Shown: one piece after another, positions 36,374-48,819 of the stretch
Layout: every line of letters begins with the position of its first letter
How positions within the stretch are numbered: the stretch's first letter is position 1
Source of the DNA: Octopus bimaculoides
Taxonomy: Eukaryota
Assembly (NCBI RefSeq): GCF_001194135.2
Contig: NC_068981.1
Span: 155,645,618 to 155,700,519, forward strand
Reading direction: 5' to 3'
Length of the DNA stretch: 54,902 nucleotides
The notes under the pieces: model-generated
The model's input: only the letters and a program-made list of their open reading frames with translations
Told to the model about the DNA's origin: nothing
Database searches by the model: none
Position numbers and translations under genes: made by a program

Positions 36374-36971
36374 GGATCTTTTCCCTTTGAACGGCACATT
36401 GAGAAATTAATTTTTTGTAACTAAACACTTTCAAACTTCGGACACTGGTAGAATGTGTCATATAAAACATCTTTTACTCTTAGAAACCCTGCCCCTAACC
36501 TAACCCTATAACCCTAACCCTAACTCTAAAACCCTATCCCCAACCCTAAAATCCTAACCCTGACCCTAAAACCCGAACCTAACCCTAAAACCCTAACCCT
36601 AAGTCTAAAACCCGAACCCTAACCCTAACTCTAAAACCCTATCCCTAACCTTAAAACTCTAAAGCTAAAATCAGTACAAACGCACGAACGATGTCATAAA
36701 TAACAGTGACAAACGAAATATACACCGCCGGAAGTTGTTGTTGACAAACAACAGCAGTAATTTTATTCAGCTGAATACACGTCATTGATTGGTTGAAATT
36801 ACCGAAATACCACGACTTTAACACGAAATAACTTTGAAAATATAAACTTTTCTCAACATGACAAAGAGTAAAAGATGTTTTATATGACACATTCTACCAG
36901 TGTCCGAAGTCTGAAAGTGTTTAGTTACAAAAAATTAATTTCTCGATGTGCTTTTCAAAGGGAAAAAATCC
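36374..36971. mobile_element. Non-autonomous element with ~108-bp inverted repeats enclosing telomere-like repeats
   Basis: 36374-36481 is the reverse complement of 36864-36971 (the two ORF calls MFYMTHSTSVRSLKVFSYKKLIS on opposite strands reflect this). Confidence 0.85.
36486..36660. repeat. Interstitial degenerate (CCCTAA)n telomere-like array
   Basis: aaccctaaccctaactctaaaaccctatcc... with a higher-order repeat of the ccctaaccctaactctaaaaccctatccc block. Confidence 0.9.
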
Positions 36972-37589
36972 AAAAAGAGTTTNNNNNNNNNNNNNNNNNN
37001 NNNNNNNNNNNNNNNNNNNNNNNNNNNNNNNNNNNNNNNNNNNNNNNNNNNNNNNNNNNNNNNNNNNNNNNNNNNNNNNNNNNNNNNNNNNNNNNNNNNN
37101 NNNNNNNNNNNNNNNNNNNNNNNNNNNNNNNNNNNNNNNNNNNNNNNNNNNNNNNNNNNNNNNNNNNNNNNNNNNNNNNNNNNNNNNNNNNNNNNNNNNN
37201 NNNNNNNNNNNNNNNNNNNNNNNNNNNNNNNNNNNNNNNNNNNNNNNNNNNNNNNNNNNNNNNNNNNNNNNNNNNNNNNNNNNNNNNNNNNNNNNNNNNN
37301 NNNNNNNNNNNNAAATGCTTTTGTTCATTCACAATTGCTTATTCTAGTAAGCCATTTCAGGGTTATCTCTCTTGTGGTACACAGTGCTAATTTGAAATGA
37401 TCGAAATGTTTATCTTAATTTCATTTTCTATAAAATATTTTCTTTGCGAAAGGAAACACTTTCTTTTTTTTACTTTTGAAAAGGTAAACAGTTTTACTTT
37501 ATTGGGGCATCAGATAGCAAGTCAGCAACAAAAGTATTCTAGTTGCTTGCAGTCTTTATTTAATTTTATTATCATTTTACATTTAAATG

Positions 37590-37797
37590 TGGTGCGCTGG
37601 CAAAATCGTTAGCACGCCGGGCAAAATGCTTAGCGGTACTTCGTCAGTCTTCACGTTCTAAGTTCAAATTCCACCGAGGTCAACTTTGCTTTTCAGGCTC
37701 GATAAATTAAGTACCAGGGAAACACTGGAGTCGATGTAATCAACTAGTCCCCTCACCCCGAAATTTCAAGCCTTATGCCTTTAGTAGAAAGGATTAT
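37590..37797 (+). mobile_element. tRNA-derived SINE, near full length
   Basis: gtggtgcgctggcaaaatcgttagcacgccgggcaaaatgcttagcgg...aaatttcaagccttatgcctttagtagaaaggattat. Confidence 0.9.
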
Positions 37798-38309
37798 CTT
37801 ACATTTCGCACTACAAATTTTATTCTTCCTTCACATTTAACCCTTTGCCTATTCTGTGTATCATATATGATACAAAGGACATAATTCCTAGGCGTCCATG
37901 CATCATGTAGAATACACATTCCAATTTTTTTTCCATAACCTCAGCACAAATTTTTGCTCTTCAAATCATATTCTCGCTTTATATTATCCCTTTACACTTC
38001 CGTTAATTTTATTCTTCAGTTTACATTTAAACAACCTTCATTATGGAACGAAATCGAAAACTTGAAGCAACAAGTGAAAGAATGAAACGATACAGGCAAA
38101 GGATGGGGAAATGAAGGAAATAAAAGTACATAAAACCAACGGTTACGAGCCAGCGTGGCTGATCACGAATATGAAGTACACGTATGGTGTCAAAGAAAAA
38201 GTCAACAGATACAAAGAGAGAACACAGATGGTGAACAGTTGAACTGGTTATATATGCGACAAGAGAAAAAAAAAGAGAGGGAAAGAGTACAAAAATTCAA
38301 GGAGCATTC

Positions 38310-38680
38310 TAGTGTCCAAGAAGTGGAGAAATCAAAGTACAAGGATCTTGAAATTGATATAAGTCGGATGAGGAACAAAATCAATATTAATGATAATTTA
38401 AGCTATTATGAAAATGAAAACAGTTTAACCGAAGCATGTGATGTGCTATGATAAAATGAGAAGGAATGAGCAAAAATGCATTAACTATACCAGGGCTTGT
38501 AATATTACTCAGTTACATAAAGTCCACAAGACAGTCCTGCTAAACATGGCCTGCATTCTACGCAAGAAACGTTCAATTCCTGACTCAGCTTAAACAGTAC
38601 AATATCAGGAGACAATACAAAGCCTATATACACTAACTATCCAAAGACATATCAGAGCTCACACTACTCATATTCTACAG
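38310..38680 (+). mobile_element. Decayed R4/Dong RLE 3' fragment
   Basis: EKSKYKDLEIDISRM, followed by a VHKTVLLNMACILRK-like C-terminus. Confidence 0.65.
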
Positions 38681-38705
38681 AATAACCACCACAACACATT
38701 CTCTA

Positions 38706-38926
38706 TACGGCGGGGTGTTGAAAAGTTCCGGGCTTTAAGGGTGTGGTGATAGGCCTGGCTAGAGGCCCTACCTTCCGAGTTCTTTTTAAGGGCTTGGAAA
38801 AACTGAAGGACTGCTGAAATAAGTGTGTGAATCTGAGAGGGGAATATGTTGAATAAAATCATAATTAACTGATCCTCCTGTATTTTCGCGTTCCCAAAGC
38901 CAGGGACCTTTCAGCATCCCCTCGTA
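38706..38926 (+). mobile_element. mariner-derived MITE (~220 bp) with TA target duplication
   Basis: Ends TACGGCGGGGTGTTGAAAAGTTCCGGGCTTT / AAAGCCAGGGACCTTTCAGCATCCCCTCGTA are imperfect TIRs; the interior encodes the transposase C-terminal remnant FFLRAWKN/KCVNLRGEYVE*. Confidence 0.85.
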
Positions 38927-39255
38927 TAATTACCGTTCAATATTATAACTCAAAACATATTAGATACTGGACACAACAGCAAATATTTACTCTATCATCC
39001 GACATTTAAACAACACCACCCGCACAGCATATACGGTACGAAACATTAACGCCACCAAACAAGATAATACAATCCACATTGCACTACATTACTCTATACA
39101 ACACATGAAACACTAAAATAACAAACAAAACACAAACAAACATAATTAGATAAAACTACATTCACAACAGACAATGATGCACATATGTCAGGACAATGGT
39201 GGGGAACTTGGTGAGGGGTGGAAACACGCATAAAACCGCTGAAATTTGGTTTTAA

Positions 39256-39474
39256 CCTTTTAGCATTCACAGTACTCTATCAAATGCAATGCTTTTTATT
39301 CACATAGTTTTGAATTAATCATGAACTATCTCATGGCTTCGAGATTTTGATGATGTAACTGTTTATTTTTAAAATGACATTGTAGAGTATGTGAGAGAGG
39401 CCAGACCTAGTCTGGTTCAACACAAAACAAGAAGAATATTTGGGTCAGATATGACATTTTTAAATGCTAAAGGG
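39256..39474. mobile_element. piggyBac-type MITE (219 bp)
   Basis: TTAA|CCTTTTAGCATT ... AATGCTAAAGGG|TTAA: TTAA duplication with CCC/GGG-type TIRs. Confidence 0.88.
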
Positions 39475-39489
39475 TTAAATAATTGTTTC

Positions 39490-40920
39490 TAATTCAAGGG
39501 CAATAGTTTTGAGGGAAATTTGTTAGTAAGTTACACTGACACCAGTAGTTGGCTGCTACTTTGTTTTACCGAGTCCGGAAAGAGGAAAAATAAACTTGAC
39601 CTTGGTGAAATTTGAATTCAGAAGGTTAAAATCTGGAACGAATGCCTCAGGACGTTTTCTCTGTCACACTAATAAATTTGCAAATCCACCGCCCTTAAAA
39701 ATGGTTTCAAAATAGGCATCAGTCAATTACATCGACCCTGGTGCTCAACTAGTACTTATCTTATCGACCCCGAAAAATTATTAAGCAAAGTCGACTTCAG
39801 CTAAGAACGTAAAGAGACGGAAGAAATGCCACTATGCATTTTATGCGTATCACAAACGATTCTGCTAGCTTACCGCCTTCACTGGGTACCTTATTTTATC
39901 GACATAAGAGGGATAAAGGCAAAGTGGATGTAGTAGGGATTTGAACTCAAAATGTAAAGACCTGGAATAAATGCTGCAAGACGATTCTTTCCCGACGCTC
40001 TAACGATTATACCAATTATATTTGTAATAATAGTTTCTAATTTAGATACAAGGACAGAAATTCGGAGGGGATGGGTAGTCGATATCATAATCTCCAGTAC
40101 ATGTCTAGTACTTTACTTTATTTACTCCGAAAGGATGAAAAGCAAACATTACGTTAGCACGATTTGAAGTCAGAACCTAAAGAACTTCAAACATTTTGTC
40201 CGATGTCATAACGATTCTACCAATCTATAAGCAAATTTGTGGGAAGGGGATAATCAATGCCATCGACCTCAGTATTTGACTAGTACTCAATTTCATTGAT
40301 GCAAGATAGATGAAAGGTATCAATAGGATTTGAAATCAGAGGTGGAACAAGTAGCACAGAGCATTTTTTCCGATGCTCTATCGATTCTGTCAATCCACCA
40401 GTAATAATAATTATTTCTAATTTTGGCATATGACCCATAATTTTAGTACTTTACGGGTACTTCATATTATCGACCCCTGAAAGGATGAAAGACAAAGTCA
40501 TCTTCAGTGGTTGGTCTCAAATTTTGGTACAAAGTCAATAACTTTTAGTCGAGAGATTTAGTCAGTTAGATGAACCCCAGTACTTATTTTATCGACACTG
40601 AAAGAATAAAAGACAAAGTTGACCTCGGCGGTATTTGGATTAAGAATGTAAAGAGCATATTGTCCGACGCGCTAACAATTCCGCCAGTTTACCACCTTAA
40701 TAATCCTTTCTGAGATTTTGTGGGAGAGGGCTGGTCAGTTACATCGACACCAATGCTTAACTGGTACTTATTCTATCAACTCCAATAGGGATGAAAAGCA
40801 AAGTCGACTTTGGTTGAATTTAAGCTCAGAACGTAAAACCAGAAGACACGCCGTTAAGCATTTTTTGTCCGGCGTGCTAACTATTCTGTCGGCTCGCCGC
40901 CTTAGTTTACCACCTTGATA
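39490..40920 (-). mobile_element. Array of about 7 same-orientation tRNA-derived SINE copies
   Basis: Core motifs (tacttattttatcgac, aaaggatgaaa.gcaaagtcgac, tcagaacgtaaa) recur roughly every 150-250 bp. Confidence 0.85.
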
Positions 40921-42804
40921 ATAACAACGATAACAGCAATAATTTCTGATATAAGCACAAGACCACACACATTCAGGTCAAGATCAATTGATAATATCGA
41001 CTTTGATACAAGACTGGCACCTATTTGATTCACTTGAGGAGAAATCTACCAAATACTGTTAATAAATATTAGCAACACTGAAATATAGACAAATAAAATA
41101 GTTTACCTACCTATTAATACATTGGAGTATAAACACAGTTCATCTGACCACAACGTTAGACTGCACTTAATATCTCAGTTCCACTGAAGATATGCTGTGT
41201 AAATGGAAGGAATTGGATTTTAAAAAGAAAGTGGGGGAAAATACGACTCACATTATTTTGATTTTGCTAGGCAATTAAATCATAGGGAGAACATTTTTAG
41301 ATAAGAAGAGACAGAGAGAAATCAACCAATAAGATGCAGCAGTAGTAGTAGTGATGATGGATATAATAACTTGGTGATGTAGTGATTGTTGCAGAGAGGT
41401 GGAACGGACATAAACTACTCTATTAGCATTGTCGGTGCCATTCTCCCCAAAACAACAACAACAAGTAATAGTAGTAGTAGTAGTGGTGGTGGTAGTGCTG
41501 TAGGTCTGCTGGGTGATTCATTGCACTGACAAAGAATAGAAAGTGAACCATGAAATAATTCTTTTTAGCTACAAATCAGCTAGCTTACTGAACGCTTCTA
41601 TTGGTGCAATAATAATAATAATTTTTTTTATATATATCAATCCCAAACTATAGACAGCTGCTATTGTAACGTTTGAAGTTTCAAACTGCAAAGATGCTAG
41701 ACACAATCCTGTTATATAATTTATTTCTCCTTTTTTCTATTCTTTTTTTATATTTTTACAAAATTAAGAAAGGAAAAGCATGTGTCAAAATAAGGAGCAA
41801 AAGAAAAGAAAAAGAGTCATCTTTGATGAATTGTCGTCATTTTATACATGGTTGGAGACACCTTTTCACTGACATTCACTTTGTGTTATGCTAAATTGTT
41901 TTGAAATATAACAGAGCTTCTATAAATCTTTTTTTTTATTCTCTTATTTACCTGTTTGGTTTGCCGGTTTTCTTTATGTTTTGGAAGCTCGACAATTTGT
42001 TTTCGGAAAATCGTTATATTTAAACCATTGGAATACGGAGGTGGGATCTTTAAGTGTTTTCGTTCAATTGACTCTAAACGGTGACGACACGTTTAAGCCT
42101 ACACCCTAATTTTTCGCTCTCAACACATCCAGACTGCTTTTCAGAACAGTCACCCAGACTATTAAACTCTCGTATTTTTGCTTTAAACAGGTTTTATAGT
42201 CTCAAATGAAAATGGAAGTTTAAATGCTTGTTCGTGTTTTTTTTTTTCTCCAAGCGGAAAAAAATTTAAAGTGACTAGGAAAAATACATTTTCGTCGTCA
42301 ACTTACAAACTGAAATCAACGTCAGTTGAAACAAATCTTCAACTAAAAAAGCTCTGTTGTTAAATCATCATGTTTTATCAACAGTTGCGTATTTCACTCG
42401 ACAGAACTGAAAAAAAAAAGTATATTAATGACAAGGGCAGCGGAAGCAATAAGAAAATGAATCAATGAATAAACGATAAAAGAAAAAGAGATAAAAAATA
42501 TGGGAATTTGTTGAAAAAGTAGACAATTCCTGCTAACATGTCACCAAAGACATGGTCTGTCCCTACATTGTGTCACACTGAATTACTAAGCTTCTACGAA
42601 AGAGACAAACTAGTTGAAAAGGGACCGTCAGTTTAGATAACCAGTTTACTAGAAACAGCCGCTAAATAACCTCGAAAGGACACTCTGGAATAATGTACTC
42701 GTAGATATACTATGTCTAGAAAAGAAAAGCAGGAGGGTTATGGCTGGAGCTCTTTGTATATAAATTTACTTGATCAGAAGTGACCTGGGTTGGGTTTAAA
42801 CAAC

Positions 42805-43263
42805 AACCAAATATATGATAATGGTTTCAAAGCCAGTAAGTTCAAGGGTGAGATAAGTCGATTACACCGACCCCAGTGCTTAACTGGTACTTATTTCAGC
42901 GAGCTCGAAAGGATGAAAAGCAAAGTCAACCTCAGCAGAATTTGAACTCAGAACGTAAAGACGGACGAAATGCCGCTAAACATTTTGCCCGGCATGCTAA
43001 CGACTCTACCAGATCATCTCCTTAACCAAATACATAATAATGATTCCATATTTTGGATCAAGCAGTTTCAGGGAAAGGGATAAGTCGATTACTTCGACCC
43101 CAGTGGTCAGCTGGTACTCATCGAATCCGAAAGGATGAAAGGCAAAGTCAACATCAGCGGAATTTGAACTCAGAACGTAAAGACGGATGAAATGCCGCTA
43201 AGTATTTTTCCCAGCGCACTAACGATTCTGCCTGCTCGCCACCTTAACCAAATACATAATAAT
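42805..43263 (-). mobile_element. Two tandem SINEs bracketed by three copies of an 18-bp motif
   Basis: AACCAAATA(T/C)AT(G/A)ATAAT at 42805, 43024 and 43246, with one SINE between each pair. Confidence 0.88.
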
Positions 43264-43554
43264 AAATCATAGAATATATGAGTTCGTTGTTGTTGTTTAG
43301 CCCCAGGTCAACATTGAATGAGCAGACCTATATTCAAAAGGCGTTCAAATCATGATTAGCCAATCTTCTTGTACATCTAGGAGTGTATTATCCTATGTGC
43401 ACTAACTTTTCTAAGACGGCAGGATGATGAATATTTGATTGTTATTTCTAGCAGGCAGAGATTCACACGCTGGCTTGTAGTTAACCCTAGGTTAACGACG
43501 GGTTTTCCCTACATTAGCGTTCAGCATAACCCAGGGTTAAAGACAGGCTCCCAC

Positions 43555-43690
43555 ACACTTTCTATCTACCAAATTCACTCACAAGGCATTGGTCGGCCCG
43601 GAGCTGTTATAGAATACATTTGCCAGAGGTGCCGCGCAGTAGGACTGAACCCAAAATCACTTGGCTATAAAGTTTCTTAACCGTATAGTC
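43555..43690 (-). mobile_element. CORE-type SINE head
   Basis: tctaccaaattcactcacaaggcattggtcggcccgg...gaggtgccgcgcagtaggactgaaccc. Confidence 0.8.
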
Positions 43691-43914
43691 ATTTATGTGT
43701 GTTTATAGATTACCTGGATATAGACAATTTAATTGATACCAGGTTTTGTCCATCTGATAACACAGTGAGTGATGTGTTTCATATAGAATAAGCTTTTGTA
43801 CGCAGTCCACCACCAACAGCATAACGTATAATCAAAAAAGTCCAAATCTAATTTTAAAGTGACTGAAAAACGCATTATCAAAATATGTTGTTTTCTTTTC
43901 CAAGCGATAAGTGA

Positions 43915-44080
43915 TATTCTTTTATTCTTTTATTCTTTTACTTGTTTCAATCATTAGACTGTGGCCATGCTACCGCACCAATTTGAAGAATTTTAGTCGA
44001 CTCCAGTATTTGTTTTTAAGTTTGGAACATATTCTGTCGATCTCTTTTGCCAAACCATTAGATTATGGGAACATAAATAC
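43915..44080 (-). mobile_element. CORE-type SINE tail
   Basis: ttcttttacttgtttcaatcattagactgtggccatgctaccgcacc...tctcttttgccaaacc; same as 53050-53240. Confidence 0.75.
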
Positions 44081-44081
44081 T

Positions 44082-44182
44082 TGTAGGAGAAACATGTAAT
44101 ATATCTCCTATTAGAAATTCTTCAAGCAGAGAATAATATCATTTGATTTCCTATTAGAGATATCGTACATGTTTTTCCTACA
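44082..44182. repeat. 101-bp foldback with TG..CA ends
   Basis: TGTAGGAGAAACATGTA ... TACATGTTTTTCCTACA, with the inversion extending through atatctc/gagatat. Confidence 0.7.
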
Positions 44183-44289
44183 TGTACAATTCTGTATCCC
44201 CTGTTAGCAAACGAAACACGCGTAATTGTGAATAAATAGTACCAAACATTTTGTCCTATTTGTTTCAGTATTTTTCAACTCTTATGCAT

Positions 44290-44560
44290 ATCTGGATGCA
44301 TACCTGGATGAATTCTAAGAATTCTCACAACAAGGAACCAGGAAACTATGCTAGTTCTATGGAGGACATTTGTCCTCAGCCGTCTGGACTTCTGCTCTCA
44401 ACTATAGCCACCCAACAGTATCAGATTAATAGCGGAATTTGAGGCAGTGCTACACCATCAATGGAACAGCTGAGCTACTGGGAGAGACTGAAAGAGTTAC
44501 GACTACTCCCTGAGACGACGACGGGACAGATACACAGTGATATACATATCGAAGATCTTG
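44290..44560 (+). mobile_element. CR1-clade LINE RT thumb fragment
   Basis: G*ILRILTTRNQETMLVLWRTFVLSRLDFCSQL*; MEQLSYWERLKELRL; RRRDRYTVIYISKILE. Confidence 0.85.
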
Positions 44561-44779
44561 GAGGTCTTAGATAAAATTCATTTAGGGACTGATCTGATCT
44601 GAAGAAATTTTCTGGCATTAAAAAGACAGCCTATTTTTTTGAATACAGCTTTGGTAATGATGAACAGAAAAGGTTGCTATGAAAGGCCATCAAAAGATTG
44701 TAAGAATTAGCATTTCAGGGATGTTTTAACTGTTTTCTTCATGTATTAGGATGATACAATATAATATTGTACTCTCGAT

Positions 44780-44970
44780 TTAGGCGGCGAGCTAGCACTC
44801 CGGGGAAAATTCTCTACGGCCTTTCGTCGTTTTTACGTTCTGTGTTCAAATTCTGCTGAGGTCGACCTTACTCTTCATCCTTTTGGGGGTATCAGTTAGA
44901 CACTAGGGTAAATATAATCGACTTACCCGCTACCTCTGAAATTACTGGCCTTGAGCCAAAATTTGAAACC
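44780..44970 (+). mobile_element. tRNA-derived SINE
   Basis: aggcggcgagctagcac...tgtgttcaaattctgctgaggtcgacc...ctggccttgagccaaaatttgaaacc. Confidence 0.85.
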
Positions 44971-45767
44971 AATATTGTACTCTTAATATACGCAGCCACT
45001 CCGTTATGATTTAATAGACTAGGTGTTTGATTTCAAAGGTAGAATCGCAAGGTCAGTTGCATGTGTCGGGATTTGAACTCAGAGCGTAAAGGAACAAAAG
45101 TAAATCTCTTTAAAAATAATTGGTTCTCTGCTAAGCTATTTCTGATCCTTCATCACATTAATTGAACTTATTCCTTTGATAAAACGGATAACATGCAAAA
45201 ACTTTCACATCGATGTGGTTAAAAGTTTGTCTTCGAACCACTTGTCTACGAGTTCGATCTTAATGCACGCCAGTTAAAAATTTTTTTTTTTTTTATATTT
45301 TAGCTTCAAGTTGACGAATGCCATAAAGGCAGAAGCCTAATATATGACTGTGTATGCTATGTGTGTATTTAAAGCGTATGTGTATACTCGTGTAAATGGC
45401 GTGTCGAGTTAGGACTACCTACAAAAACATCAACAACAAAAACATTCCACACAGAAATAGTTACTGGGGTCAATATGACCGGCTAAAAGCTCTCGAAGGT
45501 CGTACCCCTGCTTGGTAGCATTTCAATAACTGAAAACCAGATAAAGAATAAAAGATTGAAAGTGTAATAAAGTATGTATGAAATGTATGAGTGGAAATGG
45601 TTAGTATGACTCCGAATATGACACATATGTTAATGAATGCATAGACTGTCTGCTTTACGTTATTAATTCAGTATCTTGCGGTGAGAGATAAAATTTTACG
45701 AGAGGCAGTTTGTTTAACCGGATTTTTGAAATATGCGTCTTTAACACACTGGAGTGGATTCATATAT

Positions 45768-45799
<32 letters not shown>

Positions 45800-47581
45800 G
45801 TGCGTATATATATATATANNNNNNNNNNNNNNNNNNNNNNNNNNNNNNNNNNNNNNNNNNNNNNNNNNNNNNNNNNNNNNNNNNNNNNNNNNNNNNNNNN
45901 NNNNNNNNNNNNNNNNNNNNNNNNNNNNNNNNNNNNNNNNNNNNNNNNNNNNNNNNNNNNNNNNNNNNNNNNNNNNNNNNNNNNNNNNNNNNNNNNNNNN
46001 NNNNNNNNNNNNNNNNNNNNNNNNNNNNNNNNNNNNNNNNNNNNNNNNNNNNNNNNNNNNNNNNNNNNNNNNNNNNNNNNNNNNNNNNNNNNNNNNNNNN
46101 NNNNNNNNNNNNNNNNNNNNNNNNNNNNNNNNNNNNNNNNNNNNNNNNNNNNNNNNNNNNNNNNNNNNNNNNNNNNNNNNNNNNNNNNNNNNNNNNNNNN
46201 NNNNNNNNNNNNNNNNNNNNNNNNNNNNNNNNNNNNNNNNNNNNNNNNNNNNNNNNNNNNNNNNNNNNNNNNNNNNNNNNNNNNNNNNNNNNNNNNNNNN
46301 NNNNNNNNNNNNNNNNNNNNNNNNNNNNNNNNNNNNNNNNNNNNNNNNNNNNNNNNNNNNNNNNNNNNNNNNNNNNNNNNNNNNNNNNNNNNNNNNNNNN
46401 NNNNNNNNNNNNNNNNNNNNNNNNNNNNNNNNNNNNNNNNNNNNNNNNNNNNNNNNNNNNNNNNNNNNNNNNNNNNNNNNNNNNNNNNNNNNNNNNNNNN
46501 NNNNNNNNNNNNNNNNNNNNNNNNNNNNNNNNNNNNNNNNNNNNNNNNNNNNNNNNNNNNNNNNNNNNNNNNNNNNNNNNNNNNNNNNNNNNNNNNNNNN
46601 NNNNNNNNNNNNNNNNNNNNNNNNNNNNNNNNNNNNNNNNNNNNNNNNNNNNNNNNNNNNNNNNNNNNNNNNNNNNNNNNNNNNNNNNNNNNNNNNNNNN
46701 NNNNNNNNNNNNNNNNNNNNNNNNNNNNNNNTGTGTGTGTGTGTGTGTGTGTGTATTTAGATACAAACCTTAGAAAAAAGTCTGATTCACACAGAAAAGA
46801 AATGATGTCAAGAATTAAAGGGGTTCAAGAAAAGTGTTATATAAATATTTGTTTGTGTGTGTGTAGGTGTGTGCGCGCGCGTGTGTGCGTGTTTTGCTCT
46901 GAATATATGTAGATATATGTGTCTATGTATATATATATATTTATATATATGTCAAGTTTAATTGTGTTTATCTGTATTACTACCTCCATATCAACTCGTT
47001 TTAGATTTCTCTCATAACCATTTTGACGCCGTGGGCCTTGCTCTCGATGAAGAACTCGGAGTTTTAATTCAAATTCATTTGAACACTATCACGTGTTTTT
47101 TTTTTCTTTTATACCGCGAATATCTAATTCCCACTTATTGTTTGTATATACTTATGGAGCCCGATTTTGAAACAGTGCCACATCTGATGTGAAATCCTAA
47201 GCTTTTTGTTGGCTAAAAAGGTCATGTAGAATATTAGAAATCAGCTGACAGAATTATGTGACTTTACAGAAAGTTGGATAAAGTAATTCAATTTGATAAC
47301 GATTGAAATGAGGAGGAGAGACACACGCATCTATAGACAAGATGAAAGCTTTGCACAAGATGTACCCCTCTGAATCGTGATCGACTGCAGAGTGACTCCG
47401 AGAGAAACTTAGGTTCGGACAATGCGATGGAAGGTAGGAATAAGAATATTGGAATGACTTAGAGAAAGGTCGTTCAAAATCGCTGCGTTTAAAGGAAATT
47501 TGTCAAAGAGCTATAGGTTCGAAAAGATTATTAATTAGAAGATCTCTATTAGAGAGAAAAGTATTAACTTTACTGAGAAGT

Positions 47582-47821
47582 AATGTTTATCGCCACTTCA
47601 ACATGGCTGTTCTGTAGGAACAGACGTTACAACCGTTTTTAACCCCAGTTGGTTATCGATCCAAGGTATATTGCTAGCAGATGGCGGGGGTTCTCTCTCC
47701 TGCTTGCAATATATATCGGGTGCAGATTGCATCGATAACCAGCTGGAGGAGTCGTCCTCCAGGGGCTAAAAATGGTAGTAACATCGGTTCCTACAGAACA
47801 GCCATGTTGGCGATAAACATT
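47582..47821. mobile_element. Palindromic MITE (~240 bp, long TIRs)
   Basis: AATGTTTATCGCCA..ACATGGCTGTTCTGTAGGAAC.. at the left is the reverse complement of ..GTTCCTACAGAACAGCCATGTTGGCGATAAACATT at the right; the inversion extends to ggttatcgat/atcgataacc. Confidence 0.85.
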
Positions 47822-47824
47822 TAT

Positions 47825-47855
47825 ATATGTGTGTATGTGTGTGTGTGTGTTTGTT

Positions 47856-47946
<91 letters not shown>
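47825..47946. repeat. (TG)n microsatellite
   Basis: Directly visible. Confidence 0.95.
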
Positions 47947-48819
47947 ATGTATGTATGCCTGTTTTTATGTGAATTACATAAAAAAAATAGCATTAGACTG
48001 AAAGATTATTCAATAACTTTAGTAGAGTACAGGTTTATTAAACTTTTACAAGAAGGGTGTCAGTCAGTGATTTCGACGTTTCGGCCGTCTAGACTTTATC
48101 GCCTACATCTAATCAGTAATCCAATATACTTGTATTTGGTGACTTTAGTCTTTCTAGTTTTCATTGGCCTGAGGATCGCAGGTATTGAAGAATATTACAG
48201 CATAACTGTAAGCATAAGGAATTTCTGTTTGACCGCCTCACCAAAACGCAGAACAATTCATTTGACTTTTGCCTTCCAGTATTATAGACCCTTTCCGCAA
48301 TATGAAGATGACTTTGATATAACATCTCATGACATAAACATAATAGAATTGAAGAATTAAAAATATGTTTGAAGCGACCTTTGAGTCTCAGCTTTGCTGT
48401 AGAACACATCCACTTTATGAAGGTGACTTATATAACTTGAGAGAATTGACGATATTTGTTGTTCGAAACGAATCTCTAGCTCTCCATCGTATTTAAATTC
48501 ATGCCATTCTAAATTTCGACAAGCTTCAATGGAATTGATTTAAGAAAGATCTAGGAGATGAATTAGCTTGAAATTATCTCATGTAACTAAATATATGCAT
48601 GATAACAATGTAAGCTAAATGCATTAAATATGTCTCTGAGAAGAAGGCTAAAGTTCACAGACATATTATCAATAGGGACAAGAAAATTTTCAGGAGAAGA
48701 ATAGCATGTCTGAAATCGATTAAATGGTGAAACCACTGGCAGAGAGAGAAAAAATGGCTTAAGAATATCACTCATAGATATTGAATATAAAATAAAATAC
48801 TTCTGCAAAAATGAAAGAG

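Noticed and set aside
37837-37874. TTAACCCTTT plus the palindrome TGTATCATATATGATACA, resembling a piggyBac end
   Set aside because: No matching opposite end found; insufficient to call an element.
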